In this document: positions 58,801 through 64,000 of the stretch, in pieces
How the letters are laid out: each line of letters opens with the position of its first letter
Numbering within the stretch: position 1 is the first letter of the stretch
Source: Nemertoderma westbladi
Lineage: Eukaryota; Animalia; Xenacoelomorpha
DNA: 64,000 nucleotides
NCBI GenBank assembly: GCA_032718475.1
Contig: JAUCBJ010008725.1
Span: 1-64,000 of the forward strand
Direction of reading: 5' to 3'
Notes under the pieces: generated by a model
The model's input: only the letters and a program-made list of their open reading frames with translations
The model's database searches: none
What the model was told of the DNA's origin: nothing
Program-made: the position numbers and the translations under genes

Positions 58801-61800
58801 GTTGATGGGGGCCCTCAGATAGGGAGGAGTCAATGGTTCTGTTGATGGGGTCCTCAGATAGGGATGAGTCAATGGTTCTGTTGATGGGGTCCTCAGATAG
58901 AGAGGAGTCAATGGTTCTGTTGATGGGGGACTCAGATAGGGAGAAGTCAATGGTTCTGTTCATGGGGTCCTCAGATAGGGAGGAGTCAATGGTTCTGTTG
59001 ATGGGGTCCTCAGATAGGGAGGAGTCAATGGTTCTGTTGATGGGGGCCTCAGATAGGGAGAAGTCAATGGTTCTGTTCATGGGGTCTTCAGATATGGAGG
59101 AGTCAATGGTTCTGTTGATGGGGTCCTCAGATAGGGATGAGTCAATGGTTCTGTTGATGGGGTCCTCAGATAGGGAGGAGTCAATGGTTCTGTTGATGGG
59201 GGACTCAGATAGGGAGAAGTCAATGGTTCTGTTCATGGGGTCCTCAGATAGGGAGGAGTCAATGGTTCTGTTGATGGGGTCCTCAGATATGGAGGAGTCA
59301 ATGGTTCTGTTGATGGGGGCCTCAGATAGGGAGAAGTCAATGGTTCTGTTCATGGGGTCTTCAGATATGGAGGAGTCAATGGTTCTGTTGATGGGGTCCT
59401 CAGATAGGGAGGAGTCAATGGTTCTGTTGATGGGGTCCTCATATAGGGAGGAGTCAATGGTTCTGTTGATGGGGGCACTCAGATAGGGAGGAGTCAATGG
59501 TTCTGTTGATGGGGTCCTCATATAGGGAGGAGTCAATGGTTCTGTTGATGGGGTCCTCATATAGGGAGGAGTCAATGGTTCTGTTGATGGGGTCCTCAGA
59601 TAGGGAGGAGTCAATGGTTCTGTTGATGGGGTCCTCAGATAGGGAGGAGTCAATGGTTCTGTTGATGGGGTCCTCAGATAGGGAGGAGTCAATGGTTCTG
59701 TTGAAGGGGTCCTCAGATATGGAGGAGTCAATGGTTCTGTTGATGGGGGCCTCAGATAGGGAGAAGTCAATGGTTCTGTTCATGGGGTCTTCAGATATGG
59801 AGGAGTCAATGGTTCTGTTCATGGGGTCTTCAGATATGGAGGAGTCAATGGTTCTGTTGATGGGGTCCTCAGATAGGGAGGAGTCAATGGTTCTGTTGAT
59901 GGGGTCCTCATATAGGGAGGAGTCAATGGTTCTGTTGATGGGGGCACTCAGATAGGGAGGAGTCAATGGTTCTGTTGATGGGGTCCTCATATAGGGAGGA
60001 GTCAATGGTTCTGTTGATGGGGTCCTCATATAGGGAGGAGTCAATGGTTCTGTTGATGGGGTCCTCAGATAGGGAGGAGTCAATGGTTCTGTTGATGGGG
60101 TCCTCAGATAGGGAGGAGTCAATGGTTCTGTTGATGGGGTCCTCAGATAGGGAGGAGTCAATGGTTCTGTTGATGGGGCCCTCATATAGGGAGGAGTCAA
60201 TGGTTCTGTTGATGGGGGCCCTCAGATAGGGAGGAGTCAATGGTTCTGTTGATGGGGTCCTCAGATAGGGAGGAGTCAATGGTTCTGTTGATGGGGGACT
60301 CAGATAGGGAGAAGGCAATGGTTCTGTTCATGGGGTCTTCAGATATGGAGGAGTCAATGGTTCTGTTGATGGGGTCCTCAGATAGGGAGGAGTCAATGGT
60401 TCTGTTGATGGGGGACTCAGATAGGGAGAAGTCAATGGTTCTGTTCATGGGGTCCTCAGATAGGGAGGAGTCAATGGTTCTGTTGATGGGGTCCTCAGAT
60501 ATGGAGGAGTCAATGGTTCTGTTGATGGGGGCCTCAGATAGGGAGAAGTCAATGGTTCTGTTCACGGGGTCTTCAGATATGGAGGAGTCAATGGTTCTGT
60601 TGATGGGGTCCTCAGATAGGGAGGAGTCAATGGTTCTGTTGATGGGGTCCTCATATAGGGAGGAGTCAATGGTTCTGTTGATGGGGTCCTCAGATAGGGA
60701 GGAGTCAATGGTTCTGTTGATGGGGGACTCAGATAGGGAGAAGTCAATGGTTCTGTTCATGGGGTCCTCATATAGGGAGGAGTCAATGGTTCTGTTGATG
60801 GGATCCTCAGATATGGAGGAGTCAATGGTTCTGTTGATGGGGGCCTCAGATAGGGAGAAGTCAATGGTTCTGTTCATGGGGTCTTCAGATATGGAGGAGT
60901 CAATGGTTCTGTTGATGGGGTCCTCAGATAGGGAGGAGTCAATGGTTCTGTTGATGGGGTCCTCATATAGGGAGGAGTCAATGGTTCTGTTGATGGGGTC
61001 CTCAGATAGGGAGGAGTCAATGGTTCTGTTGATGGGGTCCTCATATAGGGAGGAGTCAATGGTTCTGTTGATAAGGTCCTCATATAGGGAGGAGTCAATG
61101 GTTCTGTTGATGGGGTCCTCAGATAGGGAGGAGTCAATGGTTCTGTTGATGGGGTCCTCAGATAGTGAGGAGTCAATGGTTCTGTTGATGGGGTCCTCAG
61201 ATAGGGAGGAGTCAATGGTTCTGTTGATGGGGCCCTCATATAGGGAGGAGTCAATGGTTCTGTTGATGGGGGCCCTCAGATAGGGAGGAGTCAATGGTTC
61301 TGTTGATGGGGTCCTCAGATAGGGATGAGTCAATGGTTCTGTTGATGGGGTCCTCAGATAGGGAGGAGTCAATGGTTCTGTTGATGGGGGACTCAGATAG
61401 GGAGAAGTCAATGGTTCTGTTCATGGGGTCTTCAGATATGGAGGAGTCAATGTTTCTGTTGATGGGGTCCTCAGATAGGGAGGAGTCAATGGTTCTGTTG
61501 ATGGGGTCCTCATATAGGGAGGAGTCAATGGTTCTGTTGATGGGGTCCTCAGATAGGGATGAGTCAATGGTTCTGTTGATGGGGTCCTCAGATAGGGAGG
61601 AGTCAATGGTTTTGTTGATGGCGTCCTCAGACAGGGAGGAGTCAATGGTTCTGTTGATGGGGGCCTCAGATAGGGAGAAATCAATGGTTCTGTACATGGG
61701 GTCTTCAGATATGGAGGAGTCAATGGTTCTGTTGATGGGGTCCTCAGATAGGGAGGAGTCAATGGTTCTGTTGATGGGGTCCTCATATAGGGAGGAGTCA

Positions 61801-64000
61801 ATGGTTCTGTTGATGGGGTCCTCAGATAGGGATGAGTCAATGGTTCTGTTGATGGGTCCTCAGATAGGGAGGAGTCAATGGTTCTGTTGATGGGGGCCTC
61901 GGATAGGGAGAAGTCAATGGTTCTGTTGATGGGGTCCCCAGATAGGAATGGGTCAATGGTTCTGTTGATGGGGTCCTCAGATAGGGAGGATCCAATGGTT
62001 CTGTTGATGGGGTCCTCAGATAGGGAAGAGTCAATGGTTCTGTTGATGGGTCCTCAGATAGGGAGGAGTCAATGGTTCTGTTGATGGGGTCCTCAGATAG
62101 GGAGGAGTCAATGGTTCTGTTGATGGGGCCCTCAGATAGGGAGGAGTCAATGGTTCTGTTGATGGGGTCCTCAGATGGAGAGGAGTCGATGGTTCTGTTG
62201 ATGGGGTCCTCAGATAGGGAGTAGTCAATGGTTCTGTTGATGGGAGCCCTTAGATAGTGAGGAGTCAATGGTTCTGTTGATGGGGTCCTCAGATAGGGAG
62301 GAGTCAATGGTTCTGTTGATGGGGTCCTCAGATAAGGAGGAGCCAATGGTTCTGTTGATGGGGTCCTCAGATAGGGAGGAGTCGATGGTTCTGTTGATGG
62401 GGTCCTCAGATAGGGAGGAGTCAATGGTTATGTTGATGGGGTTCTCAGATAGGGAGGAGTCAATGGTTATGTTGATGGGGTCCTCAGACAGGGAGGAGTC
62501 AATGGTTCTGTTGATGGGGTCCTCAGATAGGGAGGAGTCAATGGTTCTGTTGATGGGTTCCTCAGATAGGGAGGAGTCAATGGTTCTGTTGATGGGGTCC
62601 TCAGATAGGGAGGAGTCAATGGTTCTGTTGATGGGGCCCTCAGATAGGGAGGTGTCGATGGTTCTGTTGATGGGGTCCTCAGATAGGGAGGACTCAATGG
62701 TTCTGTTGATGGGGTCCTCAGATAGGGAGGATCCAATGGTTCTGTTGATGGGGTCCTCAGATAGGGATGAGTCAATGGTTCTGTTGATGGGTCCTCAGAT
62801 AGGGAGGAGTCAATGGTTCTGTTGATGGGGTCCTCAGATAGGGAGGAGTCAATGGTTCTGTTGATGGGGGCCTCAGATAGGGAGGAGTCAATGGTTCTGT
62901 TGATGGGGTCCTCAGATAGGGAGGAGTCAATGGTTCTGTTGATGGGGTCCTCAGATAGGGAGGAGTCAATGGTTCTGTTGATGGGGGCCTCGGATAGGGA
63001 GAAGTCAATGGTTCTGTTGATGGGGTCCTCAGATGTGGAGGAGTCAATGGTTCTGTTGATGGGGTCCCCAGATAGGAATGGGTCAATGGTTCTGTTGATG
63101 GAGTCCTCAGATAGGGAGAAGTCAATGGTTCTGTTGATGGGGTCCTCAGATAGGGAGGACTCAATGGTTCTGTTGATGGGGTCCTCAGATAGGGAGGATC
63201 CAATGGTTCTGTTGATGGGGTCCTCAGATAGGGAAGAGTCAATGGTTCTGTTGATGGGTCCTCAGATAGGGAGGAGTCAATGGTTCTGTTGATGGGGTCC
63301 TCAGATAGGGAGGAGTCAATGGTTCTGTTGATGGGGGCCTCAGATAGGGAGGAGTCAATGGTTCTGTTGATGGGGTCCTCAGATAGGGAGGAGTCAATGG
63401 TTCTGTTGATGGGGTCCTCAGATAGGGTGGAGTCCATGGTTCTGTTGATGGGGTCCTCAGATAGGGAGGAGTCAATGGTTCTGTTGATGGGGCCCTCAGA
63501 TAGGGAGGTGTCGATGGTTCTGTTGATGGGGTCCTCAGATAGGGAGGAGTCGATGGTTCTGTTGATGGGGTCCTCAGATAGGGAGGAGTCAATGGTTCTG
63601 TTGATGGGGCCCTCAGATAGGGATGAGTCAATGGTTCTGTTGATGGGGTCCTCAGATAGGGAGGAGTCAATGGTTCTGTTGATGGGGCCCTCATATAGGG
63701 AGGATTCAATGGTTCTGTTGATGGGGTCCTCAGATAGGGAGGAGTCAATGGTTCTGTTGATGGGGCCCTCAGATAGGGAGGAGTCAATGGTTCTGTTGAT
63801 GGGGTCCTCAGATGGAGAGGAGTCGATGGTTCTGTTGATGGGGTCCTCAGATAGGGAGTAGTCAATGGTTCTGTTGATGGGAGCCCTTAGATAGTGAGGA
63901 GTCAATGGTTCTGTTGATGGGGTCCTCAGATAGGGAGGAGTCAATGGTTCTGTTGATGGGGTCCTCAGATAAGGAGGAGCCAATGGTTCTGTTGATGGGG
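55829..64000. repeat. 39-bp satellite (ATGGTTCTGTTGATGGGGTCCTCAGATAGGGAGGAGTCA)n, continuing beyond the window
   Basis: About 200 tandem units. Edge units are diverged and carry poly-G expansions; multi-unit blocks are duplicated (e.g. starting near 56565, 57034, 62225 and 63862). Confidence 0.98.

Noticed and set aside
55829-64000. Long ORFs such as (MVLLMGSSDREES)n and (EDPINRTIDSSLS)n
   Set aside because: They are by-products of a 39-bp unit that is stop-free in several frames on both strands. Frames are repeatedly broken by 38/40-bp units, and there is no unique coding flank.

Overview
AT-rich eukaryotic DNA, probably from an invertebrate animal, dominated by transposons and tandem repeats. 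There are three apparently intronless host-type genes: a FAF1/Caspar-like UBX protein, a Tousled-like kinase split by a frameshift inside a 21-bp repeat, and a FAM210A-like protein. Positions 9572-35799 form one nested insertion stack. A small TIR element (TSD AATGT) has been inflated to 26 kb by a foldback carrying a ~148-bp satellite, two hAT-like elements, several Mutator-like elements, a LINE fragment, a second copy of itself and a Gypsy element. The most striking object is that Gypsy element (27358-32203). It has near-identical LTRs and one open gag-pol frame with intact Gag, protease and integrase, but its RT and RNase H are replaced in frame by about 36 copies of a 12-bp repeat, (SDIT)n. 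Two LINE RT fragments also break directly into tandem arrays, and paralogous copies differ by many short quasi-palindromic insertions. An intact Sola2-like DDD transposon lies at 49139-53447, and a 39-bp satellite runs from about 55830 off the end of the window. All calls were made by eye; no searches were run.
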